The position numbers and the translations under genes are program-made. DNA of 57,189 bases from a bacterium. Its GTDB lineage: Bacteria > Krumholzibacteriota > Krumholzibacteriia > LZORAL124-64-63. The notes beneath the pieces were generated by a model. The model saw only the letters and a program-made list of their open reading frames with translations. It did no database searches and was not told where the DNA came from. Position 1 is the first letter of the stretch; the number at the start of each line of letters is the position of its first letter. Of this stretch, positions 29,808 through 38,502 are shown in pieces. The stretch covers positions 1 to 57,189 of the forward strand of contig JANOEP010000022.1 in the NCBI GenBank assembly GCA_031441465.1, read 5' to 3'.

Positions 29808-30392
29808 ATGACCGGATCCAGGTTCGCGAAGATCGCACTCTTGCTGACAGCCCTAGCCCTGCCGTCGGCGGCGCAGACCCAGGGCCGCCCCGATCCCGCC
29901 GTCCTCTTGACGGCGCAGAAGGCCGCCCTGGCCAAACTCTCGTTCATGGACGGCGTCTGGAAGGGCTCCGCGTGGACCATCCTGCCGTCCGGCGAGAAGC
30001 ATATCCTCACCCAGACCGAGCGGGTGGGGCCGTTCCTGGACGGGGCGGTGAAGGTGGTCGAGGGCCGCGGCTACGCGGCCGACGGCAGCCTCGCCTTCAA
30101 CGCCTTCGGCACGATCTCCTTCGACCCGGCCAAGAGCGCCTACTCCATCCACTCCTACGCCATGGGCAACGCCGGCGACTTCGCCCTGACGCCCACGGCC
30201 GACGGCTTCGTGTGGGAGATCCCCGCGGGCCCGATGACCATCCGCTACACGGCGACCGTCAAGGACGGCAGGTGGACGGAGGTCGGCGACCGCGTCATGG
30301 CGGGCAAGGAGCCGATGCGCTTCTACGAGATGAGCCTCGAGCGCCAGGGCGACACGAAGTGGCCGGCCGAGGGGGCGATCGGGCCCGAATAA
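29808..30392 (+). CDS. Secreted DUF1579-like beta-barrel protein (194 aa)
   Basis: GAGAGGAG RBS, signal peptide, LSFMDGVWKG, FNAFGTISFD, IRYTATVKDGRWTEVG. Confidence 0.8.
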   Translation: MTGSRFAKIALLLTALALPSAAQTQGRPDPAVLLTAQKAALAKLSFMDGVWKGSAWTILPSGEKHILTQTERVGPFLDGAVKVVEGRGYAADGSLAFNAFGTISFDPAKSAYSIHSYAMGNAGDFALTPTADGFVWEIPAGPMTIRYTATVKDGRWTEVGDRVMAGKEPMRFYEMSLERQGDTKWPAEGAIGPE

Positions 30393-30426
30393 ACGGGCGA
30401 CCGGGCCCACTTGCACGATGATGCGA

Positions 30427-30450
30427 AATCCCGGTAACGTTACCGGGATT
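30427..30450. promoter_or_regulatory. Perfect 24-bp palindrome, LacI-type operator-like
   Basis: AATCCCGGTAACGTTACCGGGATT equals its own reverse complement and lies 60 nt upstream of the CDF gene. Confidence 0.65.
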
Positions 30451-30510
30451 CTGGTCCATCCATCAAGTCGCCGAGGTGCCGGGGAACGCATCCCGGAAGG
30501 ATGTCGCCGC

Positions 30511-31395
30511 ATGCCGCACGTGCACGCCCCCACGAACTACAACCGCGTCTTCGCCGTCGCCGTGGCGCTGAACGTCGGCTTCGTGATCGTCGAGGTCGGG
30601 TTCGGCGTGGCCGCGCACTCGCTGGCGCTGCTGGCGGACGCGGGGCACAACCTGGGCGACGTGCTCGGCCTGCTGCTGGCCTGGGGCGCCACGCGGCTGT
30701 CGCAGCGCCGTCCCTCGGAGCGCCGCACCTACGGCTGGCGCAGCTCGTCCATCCTGGCGGCGATGCTCAACGCGGTGCTGTTGCTGGTGGCGGTGGGCGG
30801 GATCGCCTGGGAGGCGCTGCAGCGCTTCGGGCGGCCGGGAGCGGTCATCGGCGAAACGGTCATCTGGGTGGCGGCCGCCGGCGTGGTGCTGAACACGGCC
30901 ACGGCGCTGCTGTTCGTGGCGGGGCGCAAGCACGACCTCAACCTGCGCGCCGCTTTCCTGCACATGGCGGCCGACGCCGCGGTGTCGGCGGGCGTGGTGG
31001 TCGCCGGGATCGTGATGCTGCGGACCGGGTGGATGTGGCTGGACCCGACCGTCAGCCTGGTCATCGCGGCGGTGATCCTGATCGGGACCTGGGGCCTGCT
31101 GCGCGAGTCGCTCGACCTGGCCCTGGCGGCGGTGCCGTCGGGGATCGACCCCGAGGCCGTCGCGGCCTACCTGCGGGACCTGCCGGGCGTCGAGGCCGTC
31201 CACGACCTGCACATCTGGGGCATGAGCACGACCGAGTCCGCGCTCACCGCCCACCTCGTCAAACCCGATCCCCGCGACGACGACGAACTCCTGGAACGGG
31301 CCGTCCGCGAGCTGCACGACCGCTTCGGCATCGGCCACACGACGCTGCAGTGGGAGCGGGGCGGCGACCCCGCTCCCTGCGCCGGATCCTGCTAA
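30511..31395 (+). CDS. Cation diffusion facilitator (CzcD/ZitB-like Zn/Co/Cd exporter, 294 aa)
   Basis: SLALLADAGHNLGD, RTYGWRR, NLRAAFLHMAAD, VHDLHIW, HTTLQ. Confidence 0.95.
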   Translation: MPHVHAPTNYNRVFAVAVALNVGFVIVEVGFGVAAHSLALLADAGHNLGDVLGLLLAWGATRLSQRRPSERRTYGWRSSSILAAMLNAVLLLVAVGGIAWEALQRFGRPGAVIGETVIWVAAAGVVLNTATALLFVAGRKHDLNLRAAFLHMAADAAVSAGVVVAGIVMLRTGWMWLDPTVSLVIAAVILIGTWGLLRESLDLALAAVPSGIDPEAVAAYLRDLPGVEAVHDLHIWGMSTTESALTAHLVKPDPRDDDELLERAVRELHDRFGIGHTTLQWERGGDPAPCAGSC

Positions 31396-31943
31396 CGGTA
31401 GATCCCCTTGATCGCGCCCCAGGTCAGCGACTCTTCGCTCACGACCTCAGTGCATTCGGCGGTCACGTTGTCGACGAAGACACTCCAGCTGCCGAAGCTG
31501 CCCATGGTGATGGTGTTCGCGGTGATCTTCAGGTCGTGTGGGCCGCAGGCCACCGCCAGCGGGACGGTGATCCACTGGGAGTTCTCGGACGTGAGGTTCA
31601 CGGTGTAGACGACCACGTTGTCGATCTCGACGACCACCTGGATCTCGGTGCCGGCGGACAGGTAGTAGCGGTAGTCCAGCGAGATCGCGCAGTTGCCGCC
31701 GCCGTCGTGCGAGGTGCCGCAGTTGAAGGTCTGCATGAGGGAGGCGTTGCCGGCGGTCCAGTTGTAGAAGATGTACGCGGCGCCGCCGGGGTTGCCGTTG
31801 CTGGGGTGCCAGGACACCGACGGGCCCGTCGAGGACGTGGTCCAGGACGCGATCGACGTTGTGAAGTCGCCGTTGAGGACCTGGGCGGATGCGGGCGCGG
31901 CGCAGAGCAGGGCGAGCGCGGCGAGCAGTAGTAAGGGGCGCAT
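31392..31943 (-). CDS. Secreted jelly-roll-like protein with C-terminal TWGAIKGIYR tail (183 aa)
   Basis: GGGAGG RBS, signal peptide ending ASA, LNGDF start typical of CBM-like folds, upstream extended -10 TGCTATAAT (31989..31997, minus strand). Confidence 0.85.
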   Translation of the reverse strand: MRPLLLLAALALLCAAPASAQVLNGDFTTSIASWTTSSTGPSVSWHPSNGNPGGAAYIFYNWTAGNASLMQTFNCGTSHDGGGNCAISLDYRYYLSAGTEIQVVVEIDNVVVYTVNLTSENSQWITVPLAVACGPHDLKITANTITMGSFGSWSVFVDNVTAECTEVVSEESLTWGAIKGIYR

Positions 31944-32116
31944 GGGATCCTCCCGGATGGGGATGATTAACCCGACTAGAACACTCTTATTATAGCAAGC
32001 CCAGCCGGCCGCTACAATCCCCCCGCCCCATTGAAACCGCCCGCTCAAGATCCCGTAGGAACCCGGACGCCTCGCCCCACGCTCGGAGGCGTCGTCATCA
32101 ACAGGGGGGAACGGCG

Positions 32117-33556
32117 ATGAAGATGAGGTGCGGGCTGCTGATCGGCCTGGTTACGATCCTATGGGCAGCGGGCGCGGCAGCCGAATCGGTGGCCGGCCTG
32201 CCGGTGCACGTCCAGAAACTCGGCGAGGGGGTCGTCCGGGTCTGGGTGGGCGATTTCATCTCGTCGACCGCGACGGTGGCCTTCGCCACGCAGAAGGGCA
32301 TCCTGGTCGTGGACACGACCGGCAACCCGACGATCGACCGCGGGCTGCGCCGCATCATCGCGCGCGAGCTCGGCCGCGACGACTTCACGACGCTGGTCAA
32401 CACCCACGAGCACGGCGACCACACCGGCGGCAACGCCGTGTACGCCGACTGCGAGATCGTCGGCCACGAGCTGGTCGGCGCAGGCATGGCCGCGGCGCTG
32501 GCCGACCGCGCCGAGATCCTCGAGTGGTACGCGACCGGCATCCCCGAGACCGAGGCGCGGCTCGCGGCATTGCCGGCCGACGACCCCGGCCTGGCGAGCC
32601 TGAAGGAGGACCTGGCCCTGGACCGCCTGAGCCGCGACGCCCTGCTGACCGGCGAGGCGCCGACGCCGCCCACGCGCACCTTCGCCGACCGCCTGACGCT
32701 CGACATGGGCGACACCACCTTCGAGCTGTACTACACCGGCGGCATGCACACCGCGAGCGACATCGCTGTCTTCGTGCCGCGGCACGGCATCCTGATGACC
32801 GGCGACACCATGTCCGACCGCTGGCTGACCGACACGCCGGGCTGCCTGGCCTCGTTCGTCGCGCGCCCGGGCGTGCGCCACGACTTCCCGCGGCTGCTGA
32901 AGAACTGGGAACACCTGGCGGGGCAGAAGGACCGCATCCGGCTGCTGCTGACCGGACACTGGAACGGCGAGCTGTCGTACGACGGATTCGCGTCTCGGGT
33001 CGGCTACGTGCGGACGCTGTGGGACGGGGTGCGGGCGGAGGCCGCGCGGGGCGCGACCCTCGAGTCGCTGTTCACGACCTACGCACTCGAAACGCGCTTC
33101 CCCGAACTGGCCGAGAGCCCCGGCTTCAGCCGCAACAACAACGCCATGACCCTGATGGAACTGTGGAGCGTGACGACGGGGCAGACGTCGGCGGCGGAGC
33201 AGCTCTACGCGCTGATCGACGAGGGGGCGTCGCCGGAGGCCGTCCGCGAGGTCGTGAGCGGCCGCGACGCGCAGCCCGCGCGCTACTACTACTTCGAGAC
33301 CCAGATCAACGGCTACGGCTACCGCTTTCTGCAGGCGAACCGCGCCCCGCAGGCGGTGGCGCTGTTCCGGGCCTACGCGGAGATCTTCCCCGAGTCGTGG
33401 AACGCCTACGACAGCCTGGGCGAGGCGCTGCTGGCCGCGGGCGACCGCGACGGCGCGATCGCGATGTACGAGAAGTCGGTGGCGCTCAACCCCGCGAACT
33501 CCAACGGCACCGACGCACTGTCGCGGATCAGGGGCGGGGCGGCGCCGGCGCAGTAG
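32117..33556 (+). CDS. Secreted MBL-fold hydrolase with C-terminal TPR repeats (479 aa)
   Basis: Signal peptide, VVDT, NTHEHGDHTGGN, HT..D, TGD, TGH; TPR segment FPESWNAYDSLGEA...YEKSVALNP. Confidence 0.9.
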   Translation: MKMRCGLLIGLVTILWAAGAAAESVAGLPVHVQKLGEGVVRVWVGDFISSTATVAFATQKGILVVDTTGNPTIDRGLRRIIARELGRDDFTTLVNTHEHGDHTGGNAVYADCEIVGHELVGAGMAAALADRAEILEWYATGIPETEARLAALPADDPGLASLKEDLALDRLSRDALLTGEAPTPPTRTFADRLTLDMGDTTFELYYTGGMHTASDIAVFVPRHGILMTGDTMSDRWLTDTPGCLASFVARPGVRHDFPRLLKNWEHLAGQKDRIRLLLTGHWNGELSYDGFASRVGYVRTLWDGVRAEAARGATLESLFTTYALETRFPELAESPGFSRNNNAMTLMELWSVTTGQTSAAEQLYALIDEGASPEAVREVVSGRDAQPARYYYFETQINGYGYRFLQANRAPQAVALFRAYAEIFPESWNAYDSLGEALLAAGDRDGAIAMYEKSVALNPANSNGTDALSRIRGGAAPAQ

Positions 33557-33587
33557 AATTTACCGACATGAGGCTGAAAGCGAAGCA

Positions 33588-33611
33588 GGGCCCCGGCGCG
33601 CGACGGGGCCC
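33588..33611. terminator. Hairpin between convergent genes
   Basis: GGGCCCCG-N8-CGGGGCCC followed by CTCTCTT. Confidence 0.5.
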
Positions 33612-33646
33612 CTCTCTTGATTCCGATGCCTGCGAACCGTGAGCCG

Positions 33647-35854
33647 TCAGGGGTTTGGTCCATCGTGGCACTGGTAGCACGAGACGCCGGTCCAGCCTCC
33701 CAGGTATTGCTGCCCGTGGCAGTCCCTGCAGGATTGGGTCCCGTTGTCCTCGGCGTAGTTCCCGTGCTGCGAACTGTTCGACCAGTTGGACGGGTGCCCG
33801 CCCGGCCCGTCGTGGCAGTCGAAGCAGGAGACGCCGGAACTGCCTCCGTTGAAATCGGCGCCGTGGCAAGCCGTGCAGGACGCGGCGCTCGAGGTGCGCA
33901 CTGACGCGCCGTGCTGGGCGGGCTCGGCCCAACCGGCGGGGTGGCCCCCGTTGGGTCCGTCGTGGCACGAATAGCAGGAGACCCCGCTCCAGCCGCCTCG
34001 GTAGTTGGCGCCGTGGCAATCGGTGCAGGATGCCGAACCGTTGATCTCGACCTCCCCGCCGTGCAGTGCGGGACTGGCCCAGCCCGTCGCATGCCCGCCT
34101 GGCCCGTCGTGGCACGAGAAACACGAGACGCCGCTGGTGCCTCCCGTGTAATCGGCGCCGTGGCACGAGGTGCAGGACGCGGCGCTGCTGGTGCGCACGG
34201 TCGCGCCGTGCTGGGCGGGATTTGCCCAGCCGACAGGGTGGGCTCCGTTCGGCCCGTCGTGGCACGAGTAGCAGGAGACCCCGCTCCAGCCGCCGCGGTA
34301 GTCGGCGCCGTGGCAAGCCGTGCAGGACGTGGAGCCGTTCGCCCCGACCTCCGAGCCGTGCTGCGTGGGGCTGGCCCAGCCCGTCGCATGCCCGCCTGGC
34401 CCGTCGTGGCACGTGAAGCACGAGACGCCGCTGGTGCCTCCCGTGTAATCGGCGCCGTGACACGAAGTGCAAGAGGTGGCGTTGTTCGTGCGCACGGTCG
34501 CGCCGTGCTGGGCGGGATCGGCCCAGCCGACGGGATGCGCGCCGTTCGGACCATCGTGGCAAGAGAGACAGGAGACCGCGCTCCAGCCGCCCAGGAAATC
34601 GGCGCCGTGGCAGCCCGTGCAGGAAGTCGGACCGTTTGTCGCGACCTCGGCCCCGTGTTGGTCGGGACTGGCCCAGCCCGCCGCATGGCCCCCTGGGCCG
34701 TCGTGGCACGAGAAGCACGAGACGGCGCTGGTTCCGCCCGCGTAGTCGGCGCCGTGGCATGAGGTGCAGGACGCGGCGCTGTTCGTGCGCACCGTCGCGC
34801 CGTGCAGGGCGGGATCGGCCCAGCCGACCGGGTGTGCGCCGTTCGGACCGCCGTCGTGGCAAGTGTAGCAGGAGACCGCGCTCCAGCCACCGAGGTAATC
34901 GGCGCCGTGGCAGGTCGTGCAGGACGTGGAGCCGTTCGCTTCGACCTCAGTGCCGTGCTGCGTGGGGTTGGCCCAGCCCGTCGCATGGCCGCCCGGGCCG
35001 TCGTGGCAGGTGTAGCACGAGACGCCGCTGGTGCCGCCTGCGTAATCGGCGCCGTGGCACGAGGTGCAGGATGCGGCGCTGTTCGTGCGCACGATCGCGC
35101 CGTGCTGGGCGGGGTCGGCCCAGCCGGCGGGGTGGGCGCCGTTGGGGCCGTCGTGGCAGGTAAAGCAGGAGATTCCGCTCCAGCCGCCGAGGTAGTCGGC
35201 GCCGTGACAGGCCGCACAGGACGCGGCGCCGTTCACGCCGGCGGCGGCGCCGTGCTGGGCGGGCAACGCCCATCCTTCCGGATGGCCGCCGGGTCCGTCG
35301 TGGCAGGTGAAACAGGAGATACCGCTGGTGCCGCCCGCATAGTCGGCGCCGTGGCAAGTCGTGCACGAGGTGGCGCTGCCGGTGCGTACCGTCGCGCCGT
35401 GCTGGGCGGGGTCGGCCCAGCCGGCGGGGTGCGGCCCGGTCGGCCCGTCGTGGCACGCGTAACAGGAGATCGCGCTCCAGCCACCGCGGTAGTCGGCGCC
35501 GTGGCAGATCGCGCAGGACGCGGCGCCGTCGTCGCCGACGACGGCGCCGTGCTGGACGGGCGCCGCCCAGTTTTCGGGGTGGCCGCCCGGACCGTCGTGG
35601 CAATCCCAGCAGCCGGGCGCACCGCTCTTGCCTTGAAGGTCCGTCGCGTGGCAGGAGCGGCAGGTGGCGAGACCGCGCTCCTTGACGAGTTCACCGTGGA
35701 AGTCGGGGGAATCGGTCCGGCTCCAGGTCTCCGGATGCGAGCCGAGTCCGGGCTCCGAGGCTTGATCGGCACAACCGGCGACGAGGGACAGGCCGAGGCC
35801 CGCGAACAACAGGAACAAGAGGAGACGCGCGGCCGGTCGCATGTCGATCGTCAT
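33647..35854 (-). CDS. 28-heme c-type cytochrome lipoprotein made of 14 tandem diheme repeats (735 aa)
   Basis: GGAGG RBS, lipobox LVAGC, 28 CxxCH motifs counted. The repeat unit is H-x3-W-x5-HG-x11-CxxCH-x12-CxxCH. Confidence 0.93.
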   Translation of the reverse strand: MTIDMRPAARLLLFLLFAGLGLSLVAGCADQASEPGLGSHPETWSRTDSPDFHGELVKERGLATCRSCHATDLQGKSGAPGCWDCHDGPGGHPENWAAPVQHGAVVGDDGAASCAICHGADYRGGWSAISCYACHDGPTGPHPAGWADPAQHGATVRTGSATSCTTCHGADYAGGTSGISCFTCHDGPGGHPEGWALPAQHGAAAGVNGAASCAACHGADYLGGWSGISCFTCHDGPNGAHPAGWADPAQHGAIVRTNSAASCTSCHGADYAGGTSGVSCYTCHDGPGGHATGWANPTQHGTEVEANGSTSCTTCHGADYLGGWSAVSCYTCHDGGPNGAHPVGWADPALHGATVRTNSAASCTSCHGADYAGGTSAVSCFSCHDGPGGHAAGWASPDQHGAEVATNGPTSCTGCHGADFLGGWSAVSCLSCHDGPNGAHPVGWADPAQHGATVRTNNATSCTSCHGADYTGGTSGVSCFTCHDGPGGHATGWASPTQHGSEVGANGSTSCTACHGADYRGGWSGVSCYSCHDGPNGAHPVGWANPAQHGATVRTSSAASCTSCHGADYTGGTSGVSCFSCHDGPGGHATGWASPALHGGEVEINGSASCTDCHGANYRGGWSGVSCYSCHDGPNGGHPAGWAEPAQHGASVRTSSAASCTACHGADFNGGSSGVSCFDCHDGPGGHPSNWSNSSQHGNYAEDNGTQSCRDCHGQQYLGGWTGVSCYQCHDGPNP

Positions 35855-35859
35855 GTTGC

Positions 35860-36729
35860 TCAACCTCCGTGACACGCCGCGCAAGTCGGGGCGCTGCGCC
35901 CGTCGTCGTGGCAGGCGATGCAGCTCTCGAGGTCGAAGACACCGTCCACGGCGTGGCGGCCGCCGTCCGGCAGCCGCACCCAGCCCGCGCGTGAGTGGCT
36001 GTCGGGAAGCACGTTCTGGGCGACGTGGCACGAGCTGCAGAATTCCGGCTCGCCGTGGCAGGTCGTGCATTCCTGCTCGCGGCCGCGGGCCCGCACGGCG
36101 TGCCCGAACGCGAAGTCCAGGGGGTGGACGCGCGGGCGCAGGTTGTCGCCGGCGTGGCACTGCTGGCAGGTGCCCTGCGTGTGGCAGGTGGCGCAGCGGG
36201 CCTCGTTCTCCCGGGCCCGGGCGCCGTGGCGGCCGGTCCAGAGGGCGTCGTGCGTGTCGGGCCTCAGCTCCATGCCCTCGGCGTGGCAGAGGCGGCAGTC
36301 GCCGTAGTCTTCGGCCGTGGCGTGGCAGACGCGGCAGTCGGGCTTGGACGGCAGGCGCGGCGCGGTGGTGGGTTCGCCGTGGCACGACGTGCACGCCATG
36401 CCCTGCGCCGTGTGGGCGGCGTGCGAGAACTTCTGCGCCCGGTATTCGTCGTACGACGTTTCACCGGCCGCATCGACGTTCGTGTGGCACCGCGCGCAGC
36501 CGTTCTCGTCTTCGACATCGTGACAGTCCGCGCAGACGTCCATGCCCGGGCGCAGGGAGTCGCCCGCTCCGCGCGAGTCCGTCGCGGCCGCGTGGCAGGT
36601 CGTGCACTCGATGCCGTCGGCGTAGTGGGTCACGTGCGGCATGATGATCCGATCGGGATCCGCGGCGGCGACAGCTGCAACGACGCACACGGTCAACCCG
36701 GTGAAGAGCAGGGTGAGCGGCGTCTTCAT
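35860..36729 (-). CDS. Periplasmic dodecaheme cytochrome c (c3/c7-like, 289 aa)
   Basis: Signal peptide, 12 CxxCH motifs counted, c3/c7-type HxxH motifs (MPHVTH, FSHAAH). Confidence 0.93.
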   Translation of the reverse strand: MKTPLTLLFTGLTVCVVAAVAAADPDRIIMPHVTHYADGIECTTCHAAATDSRGAGDSLRPGMDVCADCHDVEDENGCARCHTNVDAAGETSYDEYRAQKFSHAAHTAQGMACTSCHGEPTTAPRLPSKPDCRVCHATAEDYGDCRLCHAEGMELRPDTHDALWTGRHGARARENEARCATCHTQGTCQQCHAGDNLRPRVHPLDFAFGHAVRARGREQECTTCHGEPEFCSSCHVAQNVLPDSHSRAGWVRLPDGGRHAVDGVFDLESCIACHDDGRSAPTCAACHGG

Positions 36730-38066
36730 CGTGACCAGCCTCCCCGGTCGAGGCCGGTTCTTCCCGTGCCGCGCGCCAGAGCCAGGTCCATGCCCAGCAG
36801 GACGCGGATGTCCCGGGTGTAGAGCGGCGTGTCGAGGCTCTGCACCTCGGCCGTGAAGTCCAGGCCCGGGCGGAGCCGGGCGCGGGCCCGCGCCGCGAAG
36901 GTGGTCAGCTCGCGCTCGCCGGAGACGGGGCCGTCCGAGATCAGCGCGTACACGAGGTGCGAGGCCTCGCCCTCGAGCCGCAGCCGGCGGCAGGCCTGCC
37001 AGGCCAACTCCCCGTAGAGGCTGTTCTCCTCGCCCGTGTCGCCGAGACGGACCGACCAGCCGACGCGCGCGGCCGGCAGCAGCAGCGCGAACCCGACGCG
37101 CGACGAGGCGCGCGTGTCGACGAAGGAGCCGACGTACTCCAGCTCGCCGCCGAAGCGCGAGCGGTGCTCCCAGGCCAGCGCGCCGCGCGCCAGGCGGATC
37201 CGCTTCACTTCGGTGAAGCGGGCGAACCACGAGGCGGCGTCGAGGGAGGGATGGCGGTCCACGTACTGGAGGCTCAGCGCGGGCCGCGACGGCGCCGGCT
37301 GCCAGCGCGCCTGCGCCTCGAGGCGCGACCAGCGTTCGCCTTCGAGATCGTACGCCGCGCGGGCGAGCGCGTCGACGTGCGGCACCGCCGTCGTCGCGTA
37401 CTCGCAGCCCACCGGGCGCTCGGCGACCACGCCGCGGCGCTCGCGGTACGCGCCCGAGAAGGCGAGGCGTTGACCGCCGCCCGGCGAGAAGACCAGGCGG
37501 CCGCCGGCCGCCGCGTCGAGGTCGAAATCGCCCAGCCTCGTGGCGTTGCCCCAGGGCGACCGCGCGCCGCCCCAGGCCGAGACCTCGACGGCGCGCCCGC
37601 GGCCCCAGGCAAGCTCGGCGCCGTCGAGGGTGAGGGAGGCCACGCCGCTCTGCAGGAACTGGCGACCCACGCGGGCGCGCACCTGCGAGCCGAGCCGCGC
37701 CTCGAGGTACCCGCTGGAAAGGCGGGACCTGTCGCAGCCCGGCCACGCGTCGACCGGCGAGATCGCGTAGCGACCGGACACTCGAACCGAAAGCCGGCCG
37801 CCGGCCAGCCCCGAGGCGCCGCCGGCGAAATGCTGGTAGAAGCGGAAGTGGTCCGTGTCCGCGCCGGCCGCATCCTCGGTCTGGTAGGCGTAGCCCGTAC
37901 TGCGCAGCGACAGGTTCCAGGAAGGGGGCGGGACGGAGGGCAGCAGATCGCCGGCCCGGACCTGGCCGGTCCCGGCCGCCAGAGCGAAGGCCAGCGCGAA
38001 TACCGGCGCGAGCACGCGGGACAGTCGGCGGCAAGAGGCACGGAAGCGGTCGCAGCGGCATACCAT
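36726..38066 (-). CDS. Putative outer-membrane beta-barrel porin of a porin-cytochrome cluster (about 446 aa; start uncertain)
   Basis: Signal-like hydrophobic stretch, alternating amphipathic strands (RVGRQFL, LDGAEL, ARAAYDL), no CxxCH, ATGA-coupled to the dodecaheme gene. Confidence 0.75.
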   Translation of the reverse strand: MVCRCDRFRASCRRLSRVLAPVFALAFALAAGTGQVRAGDLLPSVPPPSWNLSLRSTGYAYQTEDAAGADTDHFRFYQHFAGGASGLAGGRLSVRVSGRYAISPVDAWPGCDRSRLSSGYLEARLGSQVRARVGRQFLQSGVASLTLDGAELAWGRGRAVEVSAWGGARSPWGNATRLGDFDLDAAAGGRLVFSPGGGQRLAFSGAYRERRGVVAERPVGCEYATTAVPHVDALARAAYDLEGERWSRLEAQARWQPAPSRPALSLQYVDRHPSLDAASWFARFTEVKRIRLARGALAWEHRSRFGGELEYVGSFVDTRASSRVGFALLLPAARVGWSVRLGDTGEENSLYGELAWQACRRLRLEGEASHLVYALISDGPVSGERELTTFAARARARLRPGLDFTAEVQSLDTPLYTRDIRVLLGMDLALARGTGRTGLDRGGWSR

Positions 38067-38392
38067 GACGAACGTCGACCTCGCCGATCGGTAGGGGACG
38101 GCAATCCGGATGTTCGCAGTCCGCGGCAGGGCCTCGAGGGGTTGCCGTCGACTCGCGACCCGGTACCGGTTGATTATCGGGTTTCGCAGATGCTGAAGCC
38201 ATACTATTTTGATATGTCAAAATCGATCATGAATCTCATTGGCGACAAGCCACGGCGAGCTGGTGCGCAGGCACGCCGCCCGCGAAGTCCTTCAATCGAG
38301 ATTCGACAGGCTCCGGCGATATTCAGTATTGGCCCGATAACTCCTGAATTGTATTTATATATATCCATATATGCCAAGATTTTTATCTCATC

Positions 38393-38408
38393 GGTGACCA
38401 TGATCACA
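38393..38408. promoter_or_regulatory. CRP-family-like box in an AT-rich divergent intergenic region
   Basis: GGTGA-CCATGA-TCACA matches TGTGA-N6-TCACA at 9 of 10 positions. Confidence 0.4.
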
Positions 38409-38502
38409 GACAGTGCATGGTCGATATCAGAGTATGTTTCTATGCTTTGAGGCGGCGACCCTGTAGGCGCCCGACGACCATCATCGAGACCGGGAGGCCG
38501 AT

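Noticed and set aside
32117..33556. MBL-TPR protein as an antibiotic-resistance metallo-beta-lactamase
   Set aside because: The THEHGDHTGGN motif, long insertion and TPR tail fit generic cyclase/glyoxalase-II-like MBL hydrolases. Nothing specific supports beta-lactamase activity.
33650..35740. Regular ~150/297-bp repeats as a possible CRISPR array or non-coding repeat
   Set aside because: The repeats are in-frame coding units of the multiheme cytochrome. There are no unique spacers and no cas genes.
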